From: Eledone cirrhosa
Taxonomy: Eukaryota
Assembly: GCA_964016885.1 (NCBI GenBank)
Contig: OZ024740.1
Span: 352,036,001-352,100,000 of the forward strand
Direction: 5' to 3'
DNA length: 64,000 bases
Position 1 is the stretch's first letter. Each line of letters begins with the position of its first letter. Made by a program: the position numbers and the translations under genes. This document shows positions 33,368 to 48,170 of this stretch, piece after piece. The notes under the pieces are model-generated. The model saw only the letters and a list, made by a program, of their open reading frames with translations. It did not search any database and was not told the origin of the DNA.

Positions 33368-34912
33368 GATGGCCGTGGTGGTGGTACATATAAAGCTTGA
33401 GTCAGTTTTACAAACAAATTAGCTACTCAACCATGAAAAGGAGTGTAATCCTGTTACCATTAGTCACTAGAATTGCTAAGTTAGTGATTGTTTGTACCAA
33501 AATAAAACGGATGAAAGAAACGTAAACAAAAGGAGCTGCAAGTTTATATGACATAAAATGAGATAGTGACTGGTAATCTGGGTGTGACTCTTCAGAGAAG
33601 AAATGTCTAAACAAGCAGAATATTATGTGTTGCTGTAGTCAGTAATCCAACTCAGTTACCCTTTTGATACCAACTTGCTTAAAAACTACCTCTAGTCCCT
33701 ACTTAAATTGAAATCTACCAACAAAATCTTATAGAAAATGTTGTTGGTTATGTTACTAATACCATATTAATGATTGAAATATTTTAAACAAATCCCTTCA
33801 AAATTGTTATTGATTAATTCAACTAGTGTATTTTATCAAAAATATAGTGATGAAAGGGTTAAACTATACATATACTGTGTTCAATGTTTATAAATGCAAA
33901 TATTTTATAGACTAAAATGATCTTGTTTTAATTTGTCTTCAAACTTTTGAGAAAACCCCTACATGGTCACTGGATCTGCTAGAAATGGCAGTCAAATGTC
34001 TTTCAAATCACATTTCATTGAATTATTTAATGTTTTTTTTTCGTTTTTAAGACAGTCCTGGAAATGCTATGTCTAAAATAAAAAAAAATAGGCCTGATAA
34101 CCACAGTAAGGTTCTTAGTTCTATACTACAGGACTGGCCTAGGGTTAACCAGCCATGACCTTTAGTTTAATCTTTACCCCACACATGTTTATCCAAAGGC
34201 ACCAGCATACAGATATTCAAGCTGAACATCACATCAGTATTGGAGTATCTGTAAAAGTGATGGCCTCTGTCTCTTCTATCACTTTCTTGTTTTGTTTTGT
34301 TTTTTAAATTATTCTAAATTCTAGTCAATTACTGTATCTTATTTGTTTAGAGTTTATGTCTTGTTTTCTAATATTTGTTGTTTTTGTTGTTTAGCTCTAG
34401 ATCAAACTCAAAAATGATTCAATTTGTGACCATTACTCTTTTTTAAGACAGTCAGATGTAATCTAATGGAGATTAGGCTGCTATGTCTAGCAGGTCAAGT
34501 AACTATGTAGTGCAGGAGTAGGAAACTTCCTCACCTGCTGACAAAAAAATCTTTAAAAAAACCCTTTTGAGAAACACAAAAAAAACCTTTAATCAAATAG
34601 TAATTTAATATAAGTTGCATACATTGGATTTGTAAAATTAAAGAATCATTATTTTCTCAGTACATATGACCTCCACATGTTCTTATAAACTTAGAATTCG
34701 ACCCTGATGATACAAAATAGATTCCTCATCCCTGGCATTAAAGCGCCTTCATTGACTGCCTGTAACTGATGAGTGGGTAAGCTCTTGGCAGCTGCTCTAC
34801 ACTGATTAGAACCTGCTGATGAAGATGACTAGTCAGGGACATGGGGTGGGAAAGTGACTTATCTAGGTGATATTTAAAATCTTCAGTACATATCATCGGC
34901 TTAAACAAAAGA

Positions 34913-35338
34913 TTAACCCTTTGATACCAACCCATCTGAGACTACCCTTGGTTCTACAATACAAATCTTCTTCGTTCATTTAATCTTGAGAGGGCCGTGG
35001 GGGAAAAGTCCTGAAACACTCCTTCCAGCGGGTCCTGTCAGAAGCAACTGTCTCCAACTGATCCGGCTGGAACCCCAAGCATGACTAAGCTCATGGATGT
35101 TATCCAACCATCTTGGTTGGGATCTATTCCTGGGTCTCTTGCAGGTTCGTTTTGCCCATTAAATCTGTCCAGCGATTCTTTCCTAAGACATTCTAATAGT
35201 TTTGTATTCGACACAACACAAAACTGTTTTAGATTTATCTAAAAACCTTCCATCATAATTTTAAGAAAGAATCTTTAAGTTATTGTTGATTGTTTTCAAA
35301 ATGATTTGAAAATCGTAATATAGTAACAAAAGGGTTAA
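34913..35338. mobile_element. piggyBac-like MITE family A carrying an RTE insertion
   Basis: TTAACCCTTTGATACCAACC ... AAAAGGGTTAA. Confidence 0.6.
34985..35195 (-). mobile_element. Degenerate Rex3/Expander-like RTE C-terminal fragment
   Basis: Across frameshifts reads KRPRNRSQPRWLDNIHELS...LGFQPDQLETVASDRTRWKECFRTFPPRP, like the Expander-type ...PPRP terminus. Confidence 0.6.
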
Positions 35339-38300
35339 ATAGTAGAGGTCGCCTAAATCTAAGACAATTCTAATATATTGGTTTATATTTGATTCTCATC
35401 TGATGGCACTTTTAGAAGCTGACTATCATTCTGTTCCTTGGTTTATCTATGATTGTCAGTAGTATTGCTAGAATTTGTGCCATCACAACTCACTTTGGCA
35501 ATCAATAACCCTTTGTACTTCACTTTGTGTAATATTTAAGTAAAAAATAATTTTCCAAAAATCTAATAAGATTAAACTTTGCATTAACGTATTTTTATTG
35601 AAAATTACTGATCATAATTTTTTTTATCATTTTGAAATTTATCAAGAATTTAGAGGAAATTAGTAATATAGTTAACTTTCTAACTTTCTCATCTTTTAAA
35701 TGATGCTTCAGGCATAACTTAAGAAAGGGTCTTACATAAAATTATGACAGAAGGATTTCAGATAGGCAAAATAAACAGTTTTGTATTGTAGAACCAGGAG
35801 CAGCTTCGGGTAGTTTAGTGTCAAAAGGATTAACGTCCGTTACTTTTCTTGTGGAAGTATTCTTCGGTTCATGTTTGCAGTATACGTTGTGTTGTAGCCC
35901 TTATACCTTTGGCTTGTTGTATTCATAAACATTTTACATTTTATTAAATATTTCAAAAGTAAAAGATTTTTGTCTTCATGAAATTTTAAGAATTATACCA
36001 CAACCTATAGTTTAGGAACCACTATTCTAGAGATTAGTATTTCAGGGTGGAGTTTTTTTTCAGTAGTCTAGCTAATATTTGTTTCTAACTGTGCTCTTTC
36101 TAGTCATTATATTTTCCCAGTAAGTATTAGAGAACAAGTGTTGTGAGCAGTAATTATTTTGGCTCCAAATCAATGTTAGTTATAATTTCAACATTACTGC
36201 TGAGGAGTCTCAAGTAGAAAAGGTTCTAAGAATCTATTCTGATAGATTACAACCTACAAGTACCTGAGAGTTCACATGAACAGAAAGAAGACATTACTGA
36301 CATGATTCGTAGAATCCAGATTGTTAGATTACAGTGCATTAGTACCAGACACGAACAGAAAGGAGACATTAATCACTGGTTATTTTCTTTGTATTGATTT
36401 TACATCAATGTTTGTTAAGGCCCAAGCTGGCCCTGACCATGTAGACCCAGACTTATGATCAAAGTCATTGCCATCATAGTCATGTCGTCTTTTCCTTTAT
36501 TATCCCTTTCAGACATACTGTCTCCACTAGATGTCATCATCATCATTGTTTAGCGTCCATTTTTCTAAGCTTGCGTGGGTTGTCCCTCATCAGGAGACAA
36601 GCATGCCATACCTTGCTCCGACAGGACTATAAATTTGGCCAGGGATTTTACAGCTAGTTGCTCTTCTTAACATCAACCACATTTACAGTGTGGAACTGGA
36701 TGGTACCGTTATAAGGAGGAACAAGCCAGATGGATGCACCGAACCCATCTCACAGCAGAGCCATAGTTTTGGAGCCCGGTACTGGATGGCACTGATACAA
36801 GGAGGTTGAAGTGTAAATACTGTTTCATCTCTAAAAATGAAGTTAATAGCTTGAAGAATTATAATTTTATAATCAATACATGTTTCCCTTTCTAGGATGC
36901 TAGTGTGATTTGAGGAAAATGTCTGTTATTTCTAGCAGGTCAAGTAACAATTTAAAGGATACTTCATTAGTTTTTACATTCGTTTCAAATCAACGATCTC
37001 TGTCATATTGTAAGATCAGTTACTTTTCAGTTTATTAGATCAGGGCAAGTGGAACAAAGTCAGGTCTAAGGTATCAATGCAATTCCAATAATAGATCTTT
37101 TAATTCATTAAATTTTGGCCAGTAAACCAGCTACAATGCCTTACCTGTTCAAATATAAACACACACATACACTGCAAATAGCTATCATACTCACAAAACA
37201 GTCTAAATATTAACCAACTCATTGTCTTTATGTGAAACAGTATCTAAACCCACTTCATACACTCATCTCTCTTCTATTCATAACCACAAACTTACCTTCA
37301 CCAGTCTCTTATCTCCTAGATGCCAAGGTAAACATCAATAATGTAAAATTTCATTAAGTAATATCTCTCTGTTGTAAAATATTAACTTAATATGACAATA
37401 TAAAAAAAATTAAGAAAATGTTTCAGTTATTTTAATTAGAACACTCATAATTATTTCTTAGTTTATTTCCTAAATTATGGTCACAAGCATTGCTCTTCCT
37501 GCCCTGATTAACTTATCTGGGTCTTCTGTATGTCTTATGAGACTACGAGTCTATACCAGGAAAGTTTCTCTCCAAGATACAGACCAGATTTCAAGTCCTC
37601 AATATATTTCCACCACAGTAAGTACATTTTACAGGGTCTATCAGTTATCCATTCTTTGGTGCTGCCAAATGATGATTATTCAAAACACTTTTACACAATT
37701 TTACACAGAAAAAAAATATATAAACAATGGAATTTTAAAAACTATTTTTATATCTATGTATTTATATAATTTTTTTTTTTTTGAAATTCCAAAAATACAT
37801 TTTATCTATATTTTTAGCTAAACGGTTTGTTAGGGTGGGGTCATATACATTTCATTTGCTTATATATAAACACATATGAAAAAGGATATTGTTCAAATGA
37901 ATAAATTTCACGTGTTCTATGTAAGGTTAATTTATCTTTGTAACAGATGTCTTTTCTCCATGTGTATGCATATGTGTATATATGTGTGTGTGCATATGTG
38001 TGTGTACATGCGTGTGTGTGTGCATGTGTGTGTGTGTGCATGTGTGCATGTGTGTGTGTGTGTGCATGTGTGCGTGTGTGTGTGATGTGTGTGTGTTTGT
38101 GTGTTAATTGCTTTACAATTTTATTTCACTAATTTAAAAAGCCTTTTAATCAATATCATCTAGCTCTAATCCAGTAGACGTGAGTAAAGGCATTCTTGCC
38201 ATAACCATCCTGCTTTTTTTATGCAATATTATCATTAGATATACAGTCTTGAATATGAACTGTAAGTCCATCACTAAGGATGCTACTGCCAGACTGGACT

Positions 38301-38419
38301 AGACAACACCATCACCCTTCTACGCATGACGGAGAATAGAGACCAGTGGCAATGATTGACTGGGAAAGCATCTAAAGTGACACCCAAAAAATTGGCTGCA
38401 CTAGTTGCAGTAACATAAT

Positions 38420-38602
38420 AATTGTTTCTACTTATGGCACAAGGCCAGCAATTATCCCAGTGCATTACTGGTACTTTATTTTATCGACCCCGTAAGAATG
38501 AAAGGCAAAGTTAACCTCAGCGGGATTTGAACTCAGACCGTAAAGGGGCATAATTATGCTGCAACACATGGCGTCCGACCCTCTACTGATACTGCCAATC
38601 CA
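38420..38602 (-). mobile_element. SINE family A (internal deletion)
   Basis: CTGGTACTTTATTTTATCGACCCCGTAAGAATGAAAGGCAAAGTTAACCTCAGCGGGATTTGAACTC. Confidence 0.8.
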
Positions 38603-38669
38603 GAGTATCAATTGGAAATTTGTCTGAATTAGGTGTTGAGCACATTTGGTGGGCAAAAGTTGGAAAAAT

Positions 38670-38990
38670 ACAAAATAAGCATGCTCTGCTGGAAGTGTCA
38701 CATTAGTGTATATAAACAACAAGACACAGATGAGATGAAAGAAAAACTGGATATACAAGGAGTTTGATGGTATGTACATGAGAGAAGACTGTACTAGTGT
38801 GGATATATATGTATGGATGATAACAGTTGGGTAAAGATGTACCAGATGTTCCAAGTGGAAGGAAGCTACAGAAGAGGAAGACCAACCGGAAGTGATGAAA
38901 GCTGATCTCAGAATGCTGAATCTCTCAAAGGAGATAACAATGCAACAAGCAGTGAAGCACTCTATTGGAGAGGACTCATCCAACCCATGT
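38670..38990 (+). mobile_element. Degenerate RTE RT 3' fragment
   Basis: Decayed similarity to 12890-13220 (AGCATGCTC..TGG, GAGAGAAGACTG, GTGATGAAAGCTGATCTC). Confidence 0.65.
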
Positions 38991-40360
38991 GTTTTACTAT
39001 ATATATGTAATCATCATCATCATATAATAAATGAATGATGTATCTTTGAAAGCTGACTTACCTTGATACACTACATGAAGTCAAATTCCTCAAATGGTCC
39101 CCTTGTTACCCAACTTAACACTTCCAAACCATCTATTTAGTCTATCTACTTTACATCATTTCCTTCTGCCACTGCTCCACTCCAGTTTATCTAGCCACTC
39201 ACATCTCTCTCCATCCCCTTCTCCCCATATCTTCACCTTACACTTAATCTGTTGCCCAGTTTAACCCCACCACCCACCATTGGGTACCTTTAGCAGTCCA
39301 CTTTGTTGCAAGTATTTAAGCTAGATCTTCCATTTGAGAGTATCTTCTTCCTTCCTTTTCACTGTCCTTCCCTCTCTGACTTAACAATAAAATAAAAAAT
39401 ATTTCATCCTATATGTCTGCTTTCCATGCCGACGTAGGTTAGACCAGGGATGAATTAACCATTAAGCAGAATAAGCACATACTTAATACGAGGAAAGGGA
39501 GGCACTATTTTATACAAATCAAACATTTTTTTTGCAGATTTTATATATGAGGGCACCATAAACTTTGAAGTGTTTGGGGTCTCAAAAAGAATTAATTTGG
39601 CTCTTGATTGTACAGGTCGTCATGGTCTTGATTACTTCTTATTTGAAGTTATTGATCATTTAGATGGGTTCAAAGGATCATATATCACTTGCACATTTCA
39701 TTTTTGGCTGAGCTCCCATTTTAACACCAATCACTTTACAGTATACACTGGTGCCAGCACTGCTTACATAATACATTTTTTTCCTAATCATGTGTGCATG
39801 TATATGTGCATGTGATACTGAAAATATAATCATAGGTACTGTAAATAAATATAACCATAGATACTAGTTCAATATTTAGTATGATTATCCAGCTTAATAC
39901 AACAGATGTCAGCTCCAGCTATATATGTATATATGTGCTGAAACAGTCTACACTACAATCTAATAAATCATGTTACACACAGTAAATTATGATTAAAAAA
40001 AAAAAATCAATATGCTGCAGCTTATAACTGCTAAACCATAATTTCTGTTTTGAATCTAAGTAATCTCTTTTCAATAAATCTTTGAAAATGAGTGAAAGAT
40101 GTGAAAAACATTGGAAACAACTGGGCCTTGGAATTTACACAATTCTAATCAACCGCCACGGACCAAATTGTCTCACTGAGGTTTAACTCTTTCATTACCA
40201 TATTTCTAATGAAAGACTGCCTATAATTTTCAAATCATTTTTAAAATAATTAAGAATTTGAAGGGATTTAATAAAATAACTTTCTCATTATTGGGTTGGT
40301 GTTTGGAACATAACTTAAAGGTTCCTGTATAAAATCATCATGGAAGGATTTTAGATATGG

Positions 40361-40480
40361 AGTAGGAAGACCTGGGATGAGGTGATAAAAGCTGACCTTG
40401 CATAACTAAACTTCTCAAAAACAGACACAGGATCGAGATCTTTGGTATTATGCAGTAATACAGAAGACATACCTTCCCAT
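40361..40480 (+). mobile_element. Short RTE RT C-terminal fragment
   Basis: [18 protein letters not shown]...DRDLWYYAVIQKT. Confidence 0.7.
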
Positions 40481-42199
40481 GCACACATACAACTAGTAGG
40501 CACCTCTAGTTTTCACAGAGTATCACAGAATCAAGATGGCCTTTTTAAAAATAAAATGTATTTTATGAAGGAGAGAAAGGCATCGCCCATGACTCTTTTC
40601 AAGAGAGAGAAAAGATATCTCAACAGTAGATTAAGCCTGAATGTTTGCAACAGAATGAACTCTACTAAAAGCACCCAGGGGCAACAGACTAAATCAGAGG
40701 TGGAGAACCTTTTCATGTTGAAAGGTTACATTAAGTTACTTGTAATATAATATGGTTGCATTCAAGAAATCATAATTATATATTCTTAAAATTACTATGT
40801 ACTTATTATCTAAAATCGGGGAAACAAATTAAATTAATGCTGACTACCTTTTAATGATTTTGTTGGCCACACCAAGATTTGGACTCAGAACATAAGTCAG
40901 ATCAGATACCATGAGACTTCTTATCCAATGCTCTAATCATTCTGTAAATCCATGACCCAGAACTGATACTTTATCTTAACTATAAAAGGAGGAAAGGTAA
41001 AGCTGACCTTGGCAAGACATAGTTGTATTTTCAATACTATATATGAGCTAAATATGGTTACTTGGCCAGTTTAGCCTCAGAACATGACAACCCATCTAAC
41101 CCATGCAAGCTCAGAAAATAGACATCAAATAGTGATGATGACATGCTGAAGAAAAGATACAGCCAAAATATGCAGACTCACAGACTGACCAATAAGTTAA
41201 AGAGAGAACCAATGTGGTTGTTCAACATGTTAGAAATAACAGCCAAATCTCCCTCAAATCATATACTACTGGGTAAAACGATAGTACAAGTATTTCTAAA
41301 ATGACTGATCATAAATCTGCTGACCTGAGGCTGGACAACAATTAATATTCAACAACTAGAATCTAATATCAAATGTTTGTTCCAATCCAAATACAAAGTT
41401 AAATAGCCATCTATGGGTGACTATTTCACACACAGGAGACTATAAACTTCCAGGCTTTTAAGTGCTTTGGCATGGCATGAAGGTTGACTAATTTAGATTA
41501 AAAAAAAAAAAAAATACAATGATGAAAAAAGTCATGAAAGCAATTGAGGGGAGGGAATGAGGGAGAGGGAGAATTTGTATGTTTTTCTAGCATTTCTACA
41601 TCTGTTTGCTTTATTCCAACATATGGTGAAGAATTGCAACAGCTGAGTGGATAAGAAGTTTACCTTTTGTAGGTGAGGTGAAATGACTGAGTGAGATATA
41701 ATGTTTAACAAACAGCTAGATCATAAGTCTTGAGTTCAAATCTAATGTAAGTACTCCTTGTTCAATTTGGGCCACTATTTACACTTCTGTTCACCGTGTT
41801 ATCTTGATTCTTTAAGAATGTTATTTGCAGTTAACGAACTTATTGTTTATGAAGAGATTTATTGTAAAAAATCAAGTGTCTTTTGTGGTCATGAAAACGG
41901 AAAAGGAAGGGAAAGGTAATGGCTCTAGGGTCACAGAAGAAAGGGGGGAGGAGGAGGGTGATAGGCTCTAGACCTAGGGCGCAGCAGCATTGGGGGTGCA
42001 CCCCGTGGACAAAACCGCAAAAACATTCTATCTATATGAAGATTTATCAGCCATCTGCTTAACACAATACAAATTGAGAAAAGTGCTGAGGAAATCTGCT
42101 ATACATACATTGTTATATACACTCTGGTGCCACAATAAAGTACACCTAGTACACTCTTCAGAGTAGTTATTGTTAGGGTGGACATCCAGCTGTAGAAAT

Positions 42200-42650
42200 G
42201 TTCAAGGGGTTACTACCTCTGTTCACAATAAAAGGTTTCTTTCTATGAATGAAAGGCTGGCTGTATGATGCCTGTGTACAATGTACAATGTTGCTGGCAT
42301 CAAGACATGAGCAGTGAATGCAGAGGATGTGCAAAGGCTAGAAAGAAAGGAATTGAGCATGCTCCAATGGATGTACAGTGTTAATATGCATGAACACTAA
42401 AGTATGGATGGGTTGAGAAGAAATCTGAGTATATGAGGAATCAGATGTTGTGTGTAGGAGAGTAGACTGTACTGCTATGGACATGTGATGTATATGGAGG
42501 ATGATTATTGGGTAAAGAAGTGCCAAAGAATGCCAGTGGAAAGTAGTTATAGTTAAGAGAGACAAAGGACGATATGAGCAGAGGTTGTGAGGGGGGGATC
42601 TAAAATCGCTGGAGCTCACAGAGAAGATGACAAAAGTCTGCAATGATTGA
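42200..42650 (+). mobile_element. Degenerate RTE RT fragment
   Basis: LLPLFTIKGFFL*MKGWLYDACV...YGHVM, with stops and frameshifts. Confidence 0.75.
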
Positions 42651-42918
42651 AAGGGTGAAAAGCAAAGTTGACTTCAGCAGGATTTGAACTCAAAACACAG
42701 AGAGCTGGAACAAATACTACAAGGCATTTTATCCTACAATCTAACAACAATCAATTTGCCACCTTTCTAGCTGGTCCAGTAATCTCATAAGAACCCTCTT
42801 ATGTATGTGTGTAAGTTTGTGTGCCTCAGTGTCTGTAAGTGTGGGGGGGGGGGTATTTCTATTTGCCTGTATCTGTGTGTATGTATTGGTGGTGGAGGTT
42901 GCTATGTGTGTATTTCTG

Positions 42919-42983
<65 letters not shown>

Positions 42984-45625
42984 GTGTGTGTGTGTGTGCA
43001 TACGTGTGTGTATGTGTATTATTGATATTAGACTAAACAATGCTAAAGCTTGTATTTAGCTGAAAACAATCATCCAATGTATATTTTATAAAAAGCATGA
43101 AAAAGAATAATGTTTACCAATATCATTGGAAATCAATTGTTATTTATTTATATTGATGTAAAGATATTAAAGACATTGTCGTATCGCAGGTTATAAATAA
43201 ACACTGGTAACCAGAGACATTACTGAATGAGTAGTGAACAGCAGGTAAACTCACCTGAAAATCTATCCTTTTACTGAGCTTTTGTTTTATGCAAAAATCC
43301 TTCTTTAGAAAAATCTATAACTGTCATAGGTATTTGTTTTGGTTATTTACATTCTGAGTTTCAATTTATCTGCAGTCGACCTCACCATTCATCCTTCCAA
43401 GGGTTGATGAAATAAAGTGCCAGACAAGTACAATGGTTGATTTAATCAACTTTTCCCTTCCTTCAAATTTGCTGGTCTTGTGCCTAAATTAGAAACCCAT
43501 ATAATCAACTAACCCCTCCATCCAAATTTCTGATTTTGTACCTATTTTAAAAAGCATTTATTAGCAATTGAATCAAAATATCTGTAGAACTAAAGGATTA
43601 AACATATTTATGAGATCAACTATGAATGCTCTATCTGAATTCTAGTGTCTAATTGTGTTAATTAAAAAAAATAACTCAGACTTGAGGTATGCTCTAGAAA
43701 ATGAAACACAAGACAAGAATCCTTGAAAATAATAAAATTAGGTATGGCAAACATGCATGACATGAAAATGGAAAGCATATGGTACTATGGGATAAAAATT
43801 CCATTACAAATGAAGAGATTTAGTGGAAACTATGGAAAATATAAAAGGTAGTACATGGTACCAAGTTCAATCCAATATGGCTTCCACTAATGAAAATGTG
43901 TTGAAATATCCTTTACATTAAGTTATATGTAGAATATATGTCTATGGTATATTGGATAAAAGAAACATTTTATAGTTATAATATATATCTTATTTAACTT
44001 AGCAAACCACTTGAGTCTAATATATAATTATTTATGAGAACATACAATATAAATATATAGAAACACAGTTTATTGATATATTCAATATCAAGAAAATGAA
44101 AAAGAATTTATTACTAAAATACATTTCTGTTATTTATAGTTATAAATACAATATTCTAAATTCCTTATTCATCTATAGCACTGTATTATTATGCCATTTA
44201 GGTTCCTCATTCAAAGACGGTCATTATATAAATTTCATGGGTCAGTCAAAAAGTTCATATGACAAAACTGGAATTAATATTTGCTGTTTTATAAAAATAT
44301 CTTTTTTCTCAATATTTTTAATTTCTAATCTAGATTTCAATGTTTATCATTCATTGAAACAACATTAAAAATAAGTTGTATGTTGCCCTCATAAGTTTAA
44401 CTATGAGAGTTCAATCCATATGCTTCTTCATAAACAGAGAACTTGAATAATTTGTGTATATTATACATGCAAATATATAAAGACATTCAACTCTAACCTT
44501 GCTAAATATATATGACAGCTGATAATGAACAAAGACTAAACTGATGTTTGCTTCTCAAACTATTTCCTTCATCTTGGATCAGTTGTAACAACGTTTGAAT
44601 CAGTATTCTTTCCAATCAACTTCAGATGATATTCCTGGCCTTACTTAGGAGTATTATCTAAAGATGACAGCAGAGAATACCAATCAAACCATGTCAAAAC
44701 ATTCTAGATGAGGAAAATGGTTTAAATGACCAACTTCAGTATAAACTTATGGTTTTTCTGCACATAGAGGAATGGTTAAAAGCACTTATACATTACATAT
44801 TATTTTCACGGTGAAGGCTTCTAATTCCAAACTAGTAGTTATATCTACCTCAAGTTAACCTTTAAAAATATTCAAATAAGCAGGATGTTCTAGTATAAAT
44901 ATTTATTATTTATTTAAGTGCATCATGCAAATTAATCTGTTTCAGCTATTTTCTCTATCGTGTATAACAGACTTAGCATTGCTATATAAATATTCGTCCA
45001 CATATAGAATCATAATGGTAGTTATTCTCTGATGAGAACACAATAAGGTGTGAAATCACAAGAATGATCTCTTACATTTTTTTGTATATGGAAGAATAGT
45101 TGAAAGCATTTACACTTACCACTTCATTCTTTTCCCAGTTAAGACTTCTAATTAAATAAAATTAGAATTATATCTATCTTAAGTTTACTTGCAGCATATT
45201 CAGAAAGGAATATAAATCCTTGGCAGGGCTAAAATGTTCATGCCACCCATGTATGAGAAATAGGTCAAGGAATGGCAATTCTCAAAACTGAGATACAGCC
45301 AATGTATGTATGTACATATGTGCATGCATATGTATGTATATATGTATGTCAGGACGCACTTGACAATCTGTGCATGGTCAGGTCATCAGTGACTAAACTG
45401 GCAACCCCACCAAGCTTGCTTGGTGAGGAGGGGGAATTTGGACGCCCTGTGGGATGAAAAACAAAACCCGTCAAAAGGCGGAGGAACTCAGGAGAGTCAA
45501 CGGCCATCCAATAATTTTTTTTTTTTGTGCAACTTCGTTTGCAATTATGTAGACCAGTTCTTTTGGGGCAAATGCCTTCGATGTTCAGAGAGTGGGATTG
45601 GTCCCGTGCAAAGCCTTTCCTCCCT

Positions 45626-45852
45626 TAACCCTTTAATATTCAAACCAGCCCAAAACGGCCAGAATTCTCTACCTTTTTCTGTTGGAACTGGCTGTAACCG
45701 GTCGCTCAAACTGATGTTAAGGTATTGTTCTCAAAATAAATACTTTCAAAATCTCATAGATTCGATATTATGTGAGATAATTATGTGAGGTAAAGCCTTT
45801 ACCATGAAAATATATTAGTATATATAGAGTAATGTGAATGCTAAAGACTTAA
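45626..45852 (+). mobile_element. piggyBac-like MITE family B
   Basis: TTAACCCTTTAAT ... CTAAAGACTTAA. Confidence 0.65.
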
Positions 45853-46167
45853 CAAGACTTCAAGCACAGGCATCACTTGATATGTGACATTTTTTGCAAT
45901 GCATGGTATTGCTGGCCATAATTAAGTCTCTAGCAGGACTAAAAAGTCACGTCCGTTATGCTCATGCTTAAGTATCAAGCAATGGCATTACTCGAAATCG
46001 AGTTGCAGCCATTATGTACATACATATGTATATACGTATTTATGTACATATGTATGTATGTATGTACATATGTATGTGCGCATAAATGAAAAAGACAGTT
46101 ATGTTAATGTGGACTGGTAATACAATTAAATGTTATATGCTGGATAAAAAAAGTACTATGTTATAAT

Positions 46168-46385
46168 GGTTTCTTATATAGGCACAAGGCCAGTAATTTG
46201 GGGGGAGGGGAAAGTCGATTAAATCGACCTCAGTGCGTGACTGGTACTTTATTTTATCGACCCCATAAGGATGAAAGGCAAAGTTAACCTCAGCGGGATT
46301 TGAGCTCAGATCATAAAGAGCCGCAACTCTATGCTGCAAATCATGGCGTCCGACCCTCTACCGAAACTGCCAATCCACCGCCCTT
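46168..46385 (-). mobile_element. Full-length SINE family A with 16-bp TSD
   Basis: TSD AGTACTATGTTATAAT (46152-46167) / AGTACTATGATATAAT (46386-46401); A and B boxes present. Confidence 0.88.
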
Positions 46386-46744
46386 AGTACTATGATATAA
46401 TAGAAGCTGCTGCTAATTGTAGAGTTAGATAGTCCTAGGTAAGCTTGTGAACTGTAAATAATTGCTTTATAGATGAAATGACACAATGTTTAATCCTTTT
46501 GATACCAACACACCTGAAACTGCCCCTCATTTTTTTTATGTTTATACTAAAACTTTCCTTCATAATTTTATGAGAACCTTTAGTTAAGTAATGCTCCAAA
46601 AGTCAACTTAATTAAAAAAATGTTATTATATTCAAAATAAATTGTAACATATTGTTAGTGTTTTACCAAAAATATGAGCACTAAAGAGTTACATACATGG
46701 AAAGATGCTAAGTTACAGACATATCAAACCTTCAACAGACATGA

Positions 46745-47045
46745 GAAAATGAGGATTAAAACCATATTAACAATGTGGCACTGCTCACTGGAGCAGATAC
46801 AAACTATGCAGTGAAATGCCTCAACAGATTAAGATCTGGTGTTGATCGTGCAAAAGTCAATCTGGCAAAATAAGGATATTTAAAGGATGGGGATGTTGTG
46901 TGTGACTGAGACATCGAACCACAGACTATGCAGCACCTCCTGATATGCCCCCCACTGGAACACCTCTGTACAGCAGTGGACTTGACAGAGTTTAATGAGA
47001 AAGGACAGCAATGTGTTCAGCTGTGGCAGAACCACATCCAGACAA
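46745..47045 (+). mobile_element. Vingi/Ingi-like non-LTR retrotransposon C-terminal fragment
   Basis: KCLNRLRSGVDRAKVNLAK*GYLKDGDVVCD*DIEPQTMQHLLICP: LNRLR.G motif plus a decayed CCHC zinc knuckle. Confidence 0.65.
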
Positions 47046-47762
47046 TCTTTGTAACTCACACTCTTGTGGGCAGAAAGAAAGAAAGAAACAATGATAAATG
47101 GAAATTAATGACACATTATGAACAAAAATAATAATACAGTAGTAGTTGCTTAGAGCCAAGGTCAACTAAGATTGAATTGATCTATAATCAAAGATATTTC
47201 AGCAGTGATCATTCCATCTTTTTTCTAACTATCCAATAAATCCTTTCTTCTTTTTTTTTTAAGACAATACGGTTTCGTTTGTGGGAAATTTATTTGTTAT
47301 TTCCCAGCAAGTCAAGAGAGCACCTAGAGGCTCTATTGGTAGGACATGGCAGGGTGGGGCTAGAAGATATATGATCAAACAGTTCAACAGATATAAGAAT
47401 GCTCCATCTCAGCTGATATGAAAAGTGGTATTTTGTAAAAGTAACAACTGATGGTATTGAAACCTGGAAATGTTAATGGTGGTGGTGGTGGTGGTGGTGG
47501 CAGTGATTATGGTAGTGATGAAAGGGATGATGAAGAAGAACAATAACTCTTTAGTTATATTCAAAATAGATAAGAACTATAGTTGATATAATTGAAATTT
47601 CTGCTCAGGCCAATAAGCACCAATATGCAACATGAGATAACACCCATCTAACTGCTCCACCTCTATAAATAACTAAGTCAGATATCTACTTAGAAACATT
47701 CCATTTCTAATCAATACAAAATGGTTATTTGCAGAATAGTATTAGAACACACTGTTTTACAT

Positions 47763-47817
<55 letters not shown>

Positions 47818-47864
47818 CATGTTTCAGGTAATTCCGAAGAAAAAGCAAATATATATATAATCAT

Positions 47865-48170
47865 AATCATCATCATTGTTTTATATCAATTTTTCCACCC
47901 CAGCATGGTTAGATGAATTGTCCTGCTGTGGGCAATGCTAGGTGAAGTGACCATGTCTTTGCTCATACAAGACTGATTTGGTTTCTACAGCTAGATGCCC
48001 TTCTTAATGCCAACCTCATTTACAGTGAGTACTGGGTGCTTTTTGTCATGACACCAACACGACCACTTTACAGTGAGTACTGGGTGCTTTTTGTCATGAC
48101 ACCAACACGACCACTTTACAGTGTGTACTGGGTGCTTTTTGTCATGACATCTACATGATCACTTTATACT
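47865..48170 (-). mobile_element. Solo RTE 3'UTR with three copies of its internal about 47-bp unit
   Basis: TTTACAGTGAGTACTGGGTGCTTTTTGTCATGACACCAACACGACCAC x3. Confidence 0.75.

Noticed and set aside
34704-34830. CTGATGA boxes at about 34704 and 34816 (and about 45373 on the minus strand) as hammerheads or C/D boxes
   Set aside because: No stem II plus GAAA arrangement or closing stems.
37296-37368. Minus-strand exon with acceptor ACAACAG and donor AAG|GTAAGT
   Set aside because: All three frames contain stops and no homology was recognised. It could only be non-coding.
37477-37617. Plus-strand exon ending at ACA|GTAAGT
   Set aside because: No recognisable protein similarity or partner exons.
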